Source of the DNA: a virus
DNA length: 64,000 bases
Reading direction: 5' to 3' (one strand)
IMG/VR virus record: IMGVR_UViG_3300043775_001610
Coordinates: 32,001-96,000 of that record
The position numbers and the translations under genes are program-made. Position 1 is the first letter of the stretch. Every line of letters begins with the position of its first letter. Of this stretch, positions 50,394 to 59,086 are shown in pieces. The notes under the pieces are model-generated. The model was given only the letters and a program-made list of their open reading frames with translations. It made no database searches and was not told where the DNA came from.

Positions 50394-51181
50394 TGGGTAG
50401 AAACATAGTTAAAAATTTAAAGTTTAAAAAGCATACTGGCAAGTTCTTTGACCCAGAGCTTTTTGCATCAATGCTTGATGAGTCATATAAAAATACTAAA
50501 AGAGCAGATGGTGAAATGACAAAGAAGTCTTTCAGCCCAAGCTCTTTGGGTTACGGTCATGGAACATGCCCAAGGTATTGGTATATGGCTTTTTCTGGCG
50601 CAGTCTTTATTGACAATAATGATGCTGTTGCAGTCGCTAACATGGCTCAGGGAACCCAAGCCCACGAGAGACTTCAGAACTTAATTAAAACTATGCCTCA
50701 GTGGGTTGCCGAAGAAGAAGAAATTATAAATGAGTATCCTCCAATTCGTGGCTTTATTGATCTTATCATGGAGTATGATGGCGAAACTGTTATTGGTGAA
50801 ATAAAAACAGCAAAGCAAGAGGTGTGGGATACAAGGCAGGCAGAGATGAGCCCATCCCCAAACCATCTGCTGCAGCTCTTAACATATATGAAGCTTAAGG
50901 ATGCTAAAGAAGGATTCTTCCTGTATGAGAATAAAAATACTCAAGAGATCTTAATTATTCCAGTATCAATGAATGATAGGAATAAAAAGATTATAGAAGA
51001 CACTTTCTTGTGGATGAGAGAGGTCTGGGATAACTTTAAGGAAGGCGACCTTCCTATGAAGCCAGAAGGTGCAACAAAAACTAAGATGCCTTGTACATAC
51101 TGCCCAATTAAAAAAGAGTGTTATTCAAAAGACACACCAGTTGGAACGGTACAGATAGAAAGATTTAAGGTCCTCCTGTAA
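50393..51181 (+). CDS. Cas4-like PD-(D/E)xK exonuclease
   Basis: CPR, GFID, EIKT, QLLTY, CTYCPIKKEC Fe-S ligands. Confidence 0.85.
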   Translation: MGRNIVKNLKFKKHTGKFFDPELFASMLDESYKNTKRADGEMTKKSFSPSSLGYGHGTCPRYWYMAFSGAVFIDNNDAVAVANMAQGTQAHERLQNLIKTMPQWVAEEEEIINEYPPIRGFIDLIMEYDGETVIGEIKTAKQEVWDTRQAEMSPSPNHLLQLLTYMKLKDAKEGFFLYENKNTQEILIIPVSMNDRNKKIIEDTFLWMREVWDNFKEGDLPMKPEGATKTKMPCTYCPIKKECYSKDTPVGTVQIERFKVLL

Positions 51182-51474
51182 TGATATGCGCTAATTCAGA
51201 TTGCATAAATGGAAAAGAGTTTACCCCAAAAACACATAATCAAAAATATTGTTCAGATGATTGCTGCAGAATTGCAACAAATAAAAAGATTATGGAGAAA
51301 TACTATGAAAAAAAAGCAATTAGATCTGGACAAAAAAGACTATGCAAGTCATGCAGCTCAAGTTTGAGCAGATATAATACTTTAGACATATGCTCTAGAT
51401 GTGAAAAAAATAACTCTAAGTCTGATAGAAGCAAGATATTAAGGATGATACGTGACTCTGGCGAAATTATCTAG
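51181..51474 (+). CDS. Cys-rich zinc-binding protein
   Basis: Multiple CxxC; KYCSDDC. Confidence 0.6.
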   Translation: MICANSDCINGKEFTPKTHNQKYCSDDCCRIATNKKIMEKYYEKKAIRSGQKRLCKSCSSSLSRYNTLDICSRCEKNNSKSDRSKILRMIRDSGEII

Positions 51475-52018
51475 GACAAAAGCAAGCAGAGTCCTTGGGA
51501 TAGATGCATCAACATCATCTGTTGCCTTTTGTTTAATCGAAGGTAGCACACCAATTAAATGGGGTAAGATTAATTTAGTTGGAAATGATATATACGAAAA
51601 AATTTATAATGCTAAAAGTAGAGTTGCGATGATGCTAGATGAGCTAAAAAGCGATTACATTGCCGTAGAAGGAGCTATACTTGTCAGATCACCAGATGCT
51701 GTGATAAAATTATCATATGTTTATGGTGTTGTCATTGCTGAGCTTATGTCTACGGGTGCTTCAGTTATCACTATATCTCCTAGCTCTTGGCAAGCGTATA
51801 TTGGAAACAAAAACCCTACCAAAGAAGAGAAGGCAGCAATACGTTTAGCCAATCCAGGATACGCAGACTCATGGTACAAAAACCAGTTAAGGAATATGCG
51901 TAAGCAAAGAACGGCAGATTACTTTAATAAAAAACATGGTTTATCTATAGAAGATTTTGATGTAGCTGATGCATTCGGCATCGCTTATTATGCTAGAGAG
52001 GTTCTCACAAATAAATGA
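51452..52018 (+). CDS. RuvC-like resolvase
   Basis: LGIDAS, AVEG, DVADA. Confidence 0.8.
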   Translation: MTLAKLSRTKASRVLGIDASTSSVAFCLIEGSTPIKWGKINLVGNDIYEKIYNAKSRVAMMLDELKSDYIAVEGAILVRSPDAVIKLSYVYGVVIAELMSTGASVITISPSSWQAYIGNKNPTKEEKAAIRLANPGYADSWYKNQLRNMRKQRTADYFNKKHGLSIEDFDVADAFGIAYYAREVLTNK

Positions 52019-52605
52019 CACAAGTATGGAACGATAGAAGTGCACAGGAAGAGTTTGTTTTAGAACTTCTAGATAATAAAAAAGAAGGATACTATGTTGA
52101 GCTAGGAGCATTTCATTCAAAAAATGGAAGCAACACTAATAGACTAGAGAATGAGTTCGGTTGGAAAGGTGTCTCCTTTGAAATTAAAGAAGACCTAAGA
52201 AAAGAATTTAATGAAAATAGATCTAACCCATGTATGGGTGATGCTCTGGATTTTAATTACATATCTTACTTTGAAGAAAATTCATTCCCTAAACAAATAG
52301 ATTACCTTCAGGTAGATATTGATTCTGGGTACCAGCTAAATGGAAGGCCAGACGGCAACGCATACACAAGTTTGCACGGACTACTAGCAGTACCGCTAAA
52401 TTCTTATAGATTTACAGTAATTACATTTGAGCATGATGCAAATATGTATTGGCGCAACGCTGCAATGAGAGATGTTCAGAGAGAAATATTAGACTCACTT
52501 GGGTATTCAATTGTTGTTAGAACGGAATCAGAAGACTGGTGGGTTGACCCAACAGTTATTGATTTAGAATCATACAGAAAGCATTTTAGATGGGATCATC
52601 TGTGA
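52015..52605 (+). CDS. FkbM-like SAM-dependent methyltransferase
   Basis: YVELGA...SNT, IDYLQVDID, TFEH. Confidence 0.7.
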   Translation: MTQVWNDRSAQEEFVLELLDNKKEGYYVELGAFHSKNGSNTNRLENEFGWKGVSFEIKEDLRKEFNENRSNPCMGDALDFNYISYFEENSFPKQIDYLQVDIDSGYQLNGRPDGNAYTSLHGLLAVPLNSYRFTVITFEHDANMYWRNAAMRDVQREILDSLGYSIVVRTESEDWWVDPTVIDLESYRKHFRWDHL

Positions 52606-52742
52606 AAATGTATAAAAATAAAGATTGGCTACATAGAAGATACGTTGTTCAAAGAAAAAGTATGGAAGAAATTGCACAAGAATGTGGCGTAACAGTTATG
52701 ACCATATACAGAGCATTAAAAGAAAAGGGCTTAATTAAATGA
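52602..52742 (+). CDS. 46-aa HTH protein (not in ORF track)
   Basis: KDWLHRRYVVQRKSMEEIAQECGVTVMTIYRAL. Confidence 0.65.
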   Translation: MKMYKNKDWLHRRYVVQRKSMEEIAQECGVTVMTIYRALKEKGLIK

Positions 52743-53080
52743 CACCTACACCAGTTTTCGAAGATTCAAAAGTATTTAAATACGATGACCTTTATTTGCT
52801 TACAGTAGGGACAGAAGCTGGTAAAGAAATTCTATCAACATGCCTTGATATTGCTCATATGCTTATAAAGAAAAATATTTCATATGGAAATTCAGCCCTA
52901 GATCCAGTTCGTATATTTTCCAAGGCGGGCCCAAGAGAGCAGCTATACGTCAGAATTGATGATAAGTTAAATAGATTAATTAAGGGAGAAGAATATCCAG
53001 GTGATAATGATATTGATGACCTTATTGGATATTTGATATTACTCAAGGTTGCTAAGGAATTTGCTATTTCAGTCGACTAG
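52739..53080 (+). CDS. Nucleotide-modification-associated (DUF1599/MazG-like) protein
   Basis: KKNISYGNS...RIDDKLNRL...DLIGY. Confidence 0.65.
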   Translation: MTPTPVFEDSKVFKYDDLYLLTVGTEAGKEILSTCLDIAHMLIKKNISYGNSALDPVRIFSKAGPREQLYVRIDDKLNRLIKGEEYPGDNDIDDLIGYLILLKVAKEFAISVD

Positions 53081-53097
53081 AAGTATAATGTATTTAT

Positions 53098-53634
53098 ATG
53101 GAAATTGAACTAGCTGATCATTTTGATCGTATGAATAAAGTAGTTGAAGAACTACTTAGGGGCAACAGCCCTACACAGATTGCTACCCTGACTGGTCTTA
53201 AGAGGGCAGAAGTCATTGAGCTAATAGATGAGTGGAAAAGTGTTGTCCACAACGATACATCAGCCCGTGAACGTGCTAAGGAGGCTATCTCTGGAGCTGA
53301 CCAACACTATGCGATGCTGATAAAAGAAGCATGGAAAACAGTTGAAGACGCTGATCAAGCAGGTCAGCTTAGTGTTAAATCTGGTGCACTTAAGCTAATC
53401 GCTGACATTGAGGGCAAAAGAATTGGAATGTTACAAGAAGTCGGTTTGCTTGACAACGCAGAGATGGCAGGACAGATAGCGGAGGCGGAAAGAAAACAAG
53501 AAGTTCTAGTTAAGATTCTAAAAGAAGTTACTGCAACATGTCCTAAGTGTAAGATGGAAGTAGCTAAACGTTTATCACAAATTACTGGAATTGTTGAGCC
53601 TATAGAGATTATTGAGGAAGTCAGTGGAATTTAA
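53098..53634 (+). CDS. Probable terminase small subunit
   Basis: N-terminal HTH; directly upstream of TerL. Confidence 0.55.
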   Translation: MEIELADHFDRMNKVVEELLRGNSPTQIATLTGLKRAEVIELIDEWKSVVHNDTSARERAKEAISGADQHYAMLIKEAWKTVEDADQAGQLSVKSGALKLIADIEGKRIGMLQEVGLLDNAEMAGQIAEAERKQEVLVKILKEVTATCPKCKMEVAKRLSQITGIVEPIEIIEEVSGI

Positions 53635-55414
53635 TTTTGATGACCTCATTGATATACTTGATGGAGAAGAGTTTGAAGAAAGACCTGTCGATCTAAGAAC
53701 ATTTGTAACAGACAAGAATTATTTAGGTCTTCCTGAGTTGTCAGAAAATCAGTATACTTTAATTGAAAAATCTTCTCAGATTTATAAAGAGTCAACTCTA
53801 ATTAAACTTTTTGGTGAAAAAGAAGGTTCTTTAAGATATAAACAGACATGCAATGAAGTTGTTGCTCAACTAGGTAAGGGCAGCGGTAAAGACTATTGTT
53901 CAACCATATCTGTTGCTTATATAGTTTATCTGCTTCTATGTTTAAAAGACCCAGCGTCATACTACGGAAAGCCACCTGGCGACTCAATTGATATTATCAA
54001 CATCGCCATAAACGCTCAACAAGCAAACAATGTTTTTTTCAAGGGGTTTAAAAACAGAGTAACACATTCTCCATGGTTTGTAGGGAAATACTTTGAAAAA
54101 GCTTCTGAGATAAAATTTGATAAGAATGTTACTGTTTACTCTGGACACTCAGAAAGAGAAGCTTTTGAAGGTTACAACGTTTTAGTTGCAGTACTCGATG
54201 AAATCTCTGGCTTTGCCCTAGACAGTACTAGTGGGCACGACCAGGCAAAAACTGCAAGTGGTATTTACGATATGTATAGGGCATCTGTAGACTCTCGTTT
54301 TCCAGATTACGGAAAAGTAATTCTTCTTTCGTTTCCACGTTTTAAGAATGACTATATTCAGCAAAGATATGACGAAATTATTTCAGAAAAAGAAGTTATA
54401 TCAAGATCACATAGATTTAAACTAGATCCAGACCTTCCAGAAAATACAGTAGGTAATGAGTTTGATATATTTTGGGATGAAGATCAAATTATTTCTTACA
54501 AGTATCCAAGAGTCTACGCAATACGTAGGCCCACCTGGGAAGTTAATCCAACAAGAAGTATAGAAGATTTTAAAATTGCATTCTACAGAGACGTAACAGA
54601 TGCTCTTGGAAGATTTGCATGTATGCCACCAGAAGCAATTGATGCTTTCTTTAAGTCTCGTGAGAAGATTGAGATGGCATTTAAAGATCTATCTATAGCA
54701 GTTGATGGTTTTGGAAGATTTGAAGATTGGTTCTTGCCAGAAGAAGATAAAGATTACTATATACACGTTGACTTAGCTCAAAAACATGACCATTGTGCTG
54801 TATCTATGGCCCACATTGAAAAGTTTGTTAGTGTAAAAGTTACTGATACTTACTCTCAGCCAGCACCAATTGTTAAGGTTGATGCTGTTATGTACTGGAC
54901 ACCTACTTCAGACAAGTCAGTGGATTTTGCTGAAGTAAGAGATTATATTCTGTCTCTTAGATCTAGGGGATTTAACATTAAGATATGCACATTTGACAGA
55001 TGGAACTCTCACGACATGATGCAACAGCTCAAGCAGTATGGAATAAATACTCAAACTTTATCTGTTGCAAAAAAACATTACGATGACATGGCTATGGTAG
55101 TTTTAGAAGAAAGATTAAATGGACCTCATATACCATTGCTTGTGGATGAATTATTAGAGTTAAGAATTATGCGTGATAAAGTTGACCACCCAAGAAAAGG
55201 GTCTAAAGACTTAGCTGATGCTGTTTGTGGTTCAATATATAATGCGATTAGTTTAACAAGAGAAGCTTTTGGAGACATTGAGGTTCATGACTATGCTTCT
55301 GTAAAAAAACAATATAGAGAAAGTTTAACACAAGAAAGCCCAAATTTAATTAAGGCACCCTCAGCAATGCCTAGGGATCTTTCTGAAGCACTAAGTGGAA
55401 TGGAAATAGTATGA
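53624..55414 (+). CDS. Terminase large subunit
   Basis: GKGSGKD Walker A, VLDE Walker B, HVDLA, FDRWNS, KDLADA nuclease motifs. Confidence 0.9.
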   Translation: MEFNFDDLIDILDGEEFEERPVDLRTFVTDKNYLGLPELSENQYTLIEKSSQIYKESTLIKLFGEKEGSLRYKQTCNEVVAQLGKGSGKDYCSTISVAYIVYLLLCLKDPASYYGKPPGDSIDIINIAINAQQANNVFFKGFKNRVTHSPWFVGKYFEKASEIKFDKNVTVYSGHSEREAFEGYNVLVAVLDEISGFALDSTSGHDQAKTASGIYDMYRASVDSRFPDYGKVILLSFPRFKNDYIQQRYDEIISEKEVISRSHRFKLDPDLPENTVGNEFDIFWDEDQIISYKYPRVYAIRRPTWEVNPTRSIEDFKIAFYRDVTDALGRFACMPPEAIDAFFKSREKIEMAFKDLSIAVDGFGRFEDWFLPEEDKDYYIHVDLAQKHDHCAVSMAHIEKFVSVKVTDTYSQPAPIVKVDAVMYWTPTSDKSVDFAEVRDYILSLRSRGFNIKICTFDRWNSHDMMQQLKQYGINTQTLSVAKKHYDDMAMVVLEERLNGPHIPLLVDELLELRIMRDKVDHPRKGSKDLADAVCGSIYNAISLTREAFGDIEVHDYASVKKQYRESLTQESPNLIKAPSAMPRDLSEALSGMEIV

Positions 55415-55647
55415 GTATATATCAAGAAAAAGCTAAAGAGTGCAAGTGCTGCAGCAAGCATGTGCCTCTACCTACAAGGCTTAAGGAGTATTCTGGAATA
55501 CTAGTCTGCCCAACAACATTCGACAATATACATGAGTATAGAAGAGTTTGGTCGGAAATTGGGAAAAGACCTCCAGGCAGCATAAGAAAACATTTTTCAG
55601 AGTATGTTCAGGACATAGTTGAAAAGTCTATTGACAAAACTGATTAA
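55411..55647 (+). CDS. Small Cys-containing hypothetical protein
   Basis: CKCC...CP. Confidence 0.5.
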   Translation: MSIYQEKAKECKCCSKHVPLPTRLKEYSGILVCPTTFDNIHEYRRVWSEIGKRPPGSIRKHFSEYVQDIVEKSIDKTD

Positions 55648-55660
55648 TAAATACTATAAT
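55631..55660 (+). promoter_or_regulatory. Promoter TTGACA-N18-TATAAT
   Basis: Perfect consensus boxes upstream of tRNA. Confidence 0.75.
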
Positions 55661-55668
55661 TCAACTAA

Positions 55669-55742
55669 GCAACAATAGCTTAGTTGGTTAAAGCCCCGAA
55701 CTCATAATTCGGTAATCGTAGGTTCAAGTCCTACTTGTTGCA
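55669..55742 (+). tRNA. tRNA-Met/Ile2 (CAT), non-initiator
   Basis: Acceptor GCAACAA/TTGTTGC; anticodon arm CCGAA-CTCATAA-TTCGG; GTTCAAG T loop; no CCA. Confidence 0.85.
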
Positions 55743-55755
55743 CAGAAAGGTAGCA

Positions 55756-56094
55756 ATGTCAAAACCGTTTGATGAAGAAGATGAAGAAGAGCTGATGATT
55801 AAGATCCAGCACTATCTAGATATTGGTGCAATAAAGATTGCTGGCTTTTCAAAAGATGGTGAAGCAATATTTGAGCTTAACGAAGACGTAACTCCACTTT
55901 TAGCACCAGATTTATGGGAAGCTCATGAGCATTATGTAGAGTCAGAACTAATAGATCTATTAAATACCGACCTTATGCAGGTAGAGTATGACGAAGATCT
56001 TCGGGTAACATATAATTTTACAGAAGAGGGATACAATATAGCAAAACAAAAGGGAATAATTCCTTTAAATACTATTGAAGATTTTGATTTTTAA
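55756..56094 (+). CDS. Acidic hypothetical protein
   Basis: ATG 55756 after AAAGG; ORF-track start overlaps the tRNA. Confidence 0.55.
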   Translation: MSKPFDEEDEEELMIKIQHYLDIGAIKIAGFSKDGEAIFELNEDVTPLLAPDLWEAHEHYVESELIDLLNTDLMQVEYDEDLRVTYNFTEEGYNIAKQKGIIPLNTIEDFDF

Positions 56095-56111
56095 TAGTAT
56101 AATTTAATTTT

Positions 56112-56183
56112 ACCTCTGTAGCTCAGAGGAAGAGCAACAGACTTCTAATCTGTTGGCCGCTGGTTCGAATCCAGCCAGGGGTG
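56112..56183 (+). tRNA. tRNA-Arg (TCT)
   Basis: ACCTCTG/CAGGGGT acceptor; ACAGA-CTTCTAA-TCTGT; GTTCGAAT. Confidence 0.9.
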
Positions 56184-56220
56184 CGATATGAAATATCATC
56201 ACTTATAAACAAGGAGAAAA

Positions 56221-56757
56221 ATGAAAACAGTAGGAGATAAGTTAGGAAATTTTGCAGTTACTGGTGTTAAGCCAGGAGCTTTGTCATATGAAGATTCCTC
56301 TTTTGAGGTAATTACACAGGATTCGTTCCCAGGTAAATGGAAGGTTATTGCATTTTATCCAAAAGATTTTACATTTGTATGCCCAACAGAGATTGTTGCT
56401 TACGATGCTTTAGTTAATGACTTTAACGATAGAGATGCTGTCTTGATGACTGGATCAGTGGACAATGAGTTCTGTAAAATTGCTTGGAGAAATGCCCACG
56501 AGGACCTAAAGAAGACTAATTCATGGTCATTTGCAGATACAGCACACCATTTGGCTAATGATCTTGGGGTTCAACACTCTTCTGGTGTAACTTACCGTGC
56601 CACATTTATTGTTGATCCAGACAATATTATTCAGCATGTTACAGTAAACAACCTAGATGTAGGTAGAAACCCAGATGAAACTCTTCGTGTTCTAGATGCT
56701 TTGCAAACAGGAGAGCTGTGTGCATGTAATCGATCACTAGGTGGAGAAACTTTGTAA
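56221..56757 (+). CDS. ahpC: Peroxiredoxin AhpC
   Basis: FYPKDFTFVCPTE; GRN; C-terminal LCACN. Confidence 0.95.
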   Translation: MKTVGDKLGNFAVTGVKPGALSYEDSSFEVITQDSFPGKWKVIAFYPKDFTFVCPTEIVAYDALVNDFNDRDAVLMTGSVDNEFCKIAWRNAHEDLKKTNSWSFADTAHHLANDLGVQHSSGVTYRATFIVDPDNIIQHVTVNNLDVGRNPDETLRVLDALQTGELCACNRSLGGETL

Positions 56758-57269
56758 TGTTGTGGGTTGACCAGCTAAAAGATTCCTTGCCAGAGTATGC
56801 TAAAGACATTAAGTTAAACCTAGATGCTGTAATCAACAGGTCAACTATTGATCCAGAGCATGCAACATACCTTTCTATTGCTGCAGCATTTGCTACAGGA
56901 AACTCTAAGCTACTTACTTTTATTGTCGCTAGCGCCACAGATGAAGTTGAAAAAAATGCAGCTTTAACGGCAGGAGCCATAATGGCTCAAAACAATGTAT
57001 GGTATCCATTCATTGAAATGGCAGACGATCAAAATCTAAAAGGCTTGCCAGCACAGCTAAGAATGAATTCAATTGCTTCTCATGGTGGAACAACAAAAGG
57101 AAAGTTTGAAGCTTACTCTCTAGCATCATCAATTATTGGCAAATGTCATTTTTGTGTTAAAGCACATTATGAAACATTGAAAGAAGAAGGATACACAGTT
57201 GAGCAGTTGCGTGATATCGGAAGAATTGCAGCAACAATTAATGCGTTAGCAAAGATCCTTTCGGCTTAA
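56757..57269 (+). CDS. ahpD: Alkylhydroperoxidase AhpD
   Basis: LPEYAKDIKLNL, MAQNNVWY, CHFCVKAH. Confidence 0.9.
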   Translation: MLWVDQLKDSLPEYAKDIKLNLDAVINRSTIDPEHATYLSIAAAFATGNSKLLTFIVASATDEVEKNAALTAGAIMAQNNVWYPFIEMADDQNLKGLPAQLRMNSIASHGGTTKGKFEAYSLASSIIGKCHFCVKAHYETLKEEGYTVEQLRDIGRIAATINALAKILSA

Positions 57270-57272
57270 TGC

Positions 57273-57300
57273 AAGTCCTTGGTATGACTTAAAACTACCA
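57273..57300 (+). ncRNA. Candidate H-type RNA pseudoknot (copy 1)
   Basis: AAGTC/GACTT and TGGTA/TACCA stems; covaries with copy 2. Confidence 0.55.
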
Positions 57301-57304
57301 GCTT

Positions 57305-57377
57305 TGCCCTATAGCTCAGTTGGTAGAGCGTCGAACTGTTAATTCGAATGTCCCTGGATCGAGGCCAGGTGGGGCAG
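57305..57377 (+). tRNA. tRNA-Asn (GTT)
   Basis: TGCCCTA/TGGGGCA acceptor; TCGAA-CTGTTAA-TTCGA; atypical T loop ATCGAGG. Confidence 0.85.
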
Positions 57378-57378
57378 C

Positions 57379-57451
57379 GCTCCTATAGCTCAGCTGGTAG
57401 AGCAGCAGACTTTTAATCTGCGGGTCGATGGTTCGATACCATCTGGGGGCA
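57379..57451 (+). tRNA. tRNA-Lys (TTT)
   Basis: GCTCCTA/TGGGGGC acceptor; GCAGA-CTTTTAA-TCTGC; GTTCGAT. Confidence 0.9.
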
Positions 57452-57474
57452 CAATAAAATGATTGGATAATGAT

Positions 57475-58143
57475 ATGAAAAAAGCAATTGTTACAGGTGT
57501 AAGTGGCGGTGTAGGAAACCTGCTTGCTCATACGCTATGCAATAATGGTTATTTTGTTATAGGAACATCAAGAAATCCAGAAGCAATAAAGAATCTAAAC
57601 CATGAAAATATCAAGGTAGAACGACTGGACCTTTTAGATGAGGAAAGTATAAATAGTTTTTATAATAGGTATAAGGATGAAGCAATAGATCTAATTGTAA
57701 ATAATGCATCATGCGCTGGAATTGATGGTGCTAAACATTTGTCTTCAGAAACTCCTAAAAACTTTTTGCATTCATATATGGTTAATGTTGCTGGCCCAAT
57801 GTATTTGTCAAAACTTTTTATACCCAACCTAAAAAAATCTGATAACGCTACAATCATATTTATATCCTCATTTGCAAAAAAACATTTCTATGCTGGTGGA
57901 GGAAACTATGCCACCTCAAAGCTGTCAATATCTGGACTTGCAAAACTATTTAGGCTGGAGCTATCTCATTTTAAGGTAAAGGTTACAGAAATATGTCCAG
58001 CAGCAATTAATACCCATCAACATAATGATGGGGCGTTGGAAGCAGAAGATATAGTAGATGCTATATTGTGGATCAGCAAATTACCTCAGAGATGCAATAT
58101 AGACCTTATTGAGATATCACCTTCTATTGTTTCGCAGGGCTAG
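57475..58143 (+). CDS. Short-chain dehydrogenase/reductase
   Basis: TGVSGGVG, NNA, YATSK. Confidence 0.85.
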   Translation: MKKAIVTGVSGGVGNLLAHTLCNNGYFVIGTSRNPEAIKNLNHENIKVERLDLLDEESINSFYNRYKDEAIDLIVNNASCAGIDGAKHLSSETPKNFLHSYMVNVAGPMYLSKLFIPNLKKSDNATIIFISSFAKKHFYAGGGNYATSKLSISGLAKLFRLELSHFKVKVTEICPAAINTHQHNDGALEAEDIVDAILWISKLPQRCNIDLIEISPSIVSQG

Positions 58144-58211
58144 ATGTGATATAATTATAAAGGCTGCCAAATGGGGCCTAAATTAAATTATTCGCTTGAA
58201 AGGGGAATAAA

Positions 58212-58628
58212 ATGGTAACTACAACACTGGATCTTTTTAGAGATCCATTTTTTATTGGCTTTAATCGTGAGTTGGAAAGAATGGCACATGTTCATCAAAT
58301 AGCAACACGCCAAACATATCCACCGTATGATGTATTAAAGCTAGATGAGGATACCTTCCAGGTATCAATTGCAGTAGCTGGTTTCACAAAAGAAGATATA
58401 GATGTATCAGTAGAAAATGGTACACTTATCGTTAAGGGTGAAATCACAGAGGTGACCGACGGCGAGTACCTGCACAAGGGTATTGCTGCACGTAAATTCA
58501 CACGAACATTTGCTTTGGGTGAGTATATGGAAGTCATTGGGGCAAGTATTGAAGATGGAATGCTTCATGTAAATGTAGAAAGAATCATTCCAGAAGAAAA
58601 AAAGCCTAAAAAAATTAAAATTAAATAA
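58212..58628 (+). CDS. Small heat-shock protein (Hsp20/IbpA-like)
   Basis: YPPYDV, AVAGF, YLHKGIAARKF, DGML. Confidence 0.9.
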   Translation: MVTTTLDLFRDPFFIGFNRELERMAHVHQIATRQTYPPYDVLKLDEDTFQVSIAVAGFTKEDIDVSVENGTLIVKGEITEVTDGEYLHKGIAARKFTRTFALGEYMEVIGASIEDGMLHVNVERIIPEEKKPKKIKIK

Positions 58629-58631
58629 ATC

Positions 58632-58660
58632 AATGACCTGAGCATGTCTTTAAACTGCTC
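58632..58660 (+). ncRNA. Candidate H-type RNA pseudoknot (copy 2)
   Basis: GAC/GTC and GAGCA/TGCTC stems; overlaps anti-SD CTCCT. Confidence 0.55.
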
Positions 58661-58675
58661 CTTAAATTAGGAGGA

Positions 58676-59086
58676 ATGATGTTCGAGTACTATGTAAAAA
58701 AAGTCAGCAAGGTCGTAGATGGAGACACTATAGATGTCGATATCGATCTAGGCTTTGATATTTCATTTAGCTCTAGAGTTAGATTGGCTGGCATAGATAC
58801 TCCAGAAAGTCGTACTACTGATAAAATGGAAAAAGCTTTAGGGCTAGAAGCAAAAGCATATTTAAAGAATGCAATTGACTCAGCTAAAACTGTTGTTATT
58901 AAAACAGAAAAAATGGACTCATCAGAAAAATATGGTCGCATTTTGGGTTGGGTTTTCTTGGACGGATCAGATAAATCTATTAATGAAAAAATGATTGAAG
59001 ATGGTCATGCATGGGGCTATATGGGAGAAACAAAGATTAAAGACTTTGATGCATTAGCAAAAGCAAGGAAGAAAAGCGGGAAGTAA
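58676..59086 (+). CDS. Thermonuclease (SNase) family nuclease
   Basis: VVDGDT, RLAGIDTPE, KYGRIL. Confidence 0.9.
   Translation: MMFEYYVKKVSKVVDGDTIDVDIDLGFDISFSSRVRLAGIDTPESRTTDKMEKALGLEAKAYLKNAIDSAKTVVIKTEKMDSSEKYGRILGWVFLDGSDKSINEKMIEDGHAWGYMGETKIKDFDALAKARKKSGK

Noticed and set aside
50393-51181. Cas4 as evidence of a CRISPR-Cas system
   Set aside because: No array or other cas genes seen; solo Cas4-like nucleases are common in phage recombination modules
41393-55414. Inteins or introns in DnaB, DnaE, RecA or TerL
   Set aside because: Lengths are normal and no intein terminal motifs or frame breaks were seen
55742-57475. tRNA-associated theta (HDV-like) ribozymes
   Set aside because: The 3' trailers are short or AT-rich with no nested double pseudoknot visible; the pseudoknot found is 5' of the tRNA and too small
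57316-57531. Minus-strand 71-aa ORF
   Set aside because: Antisense to two tRNA genes
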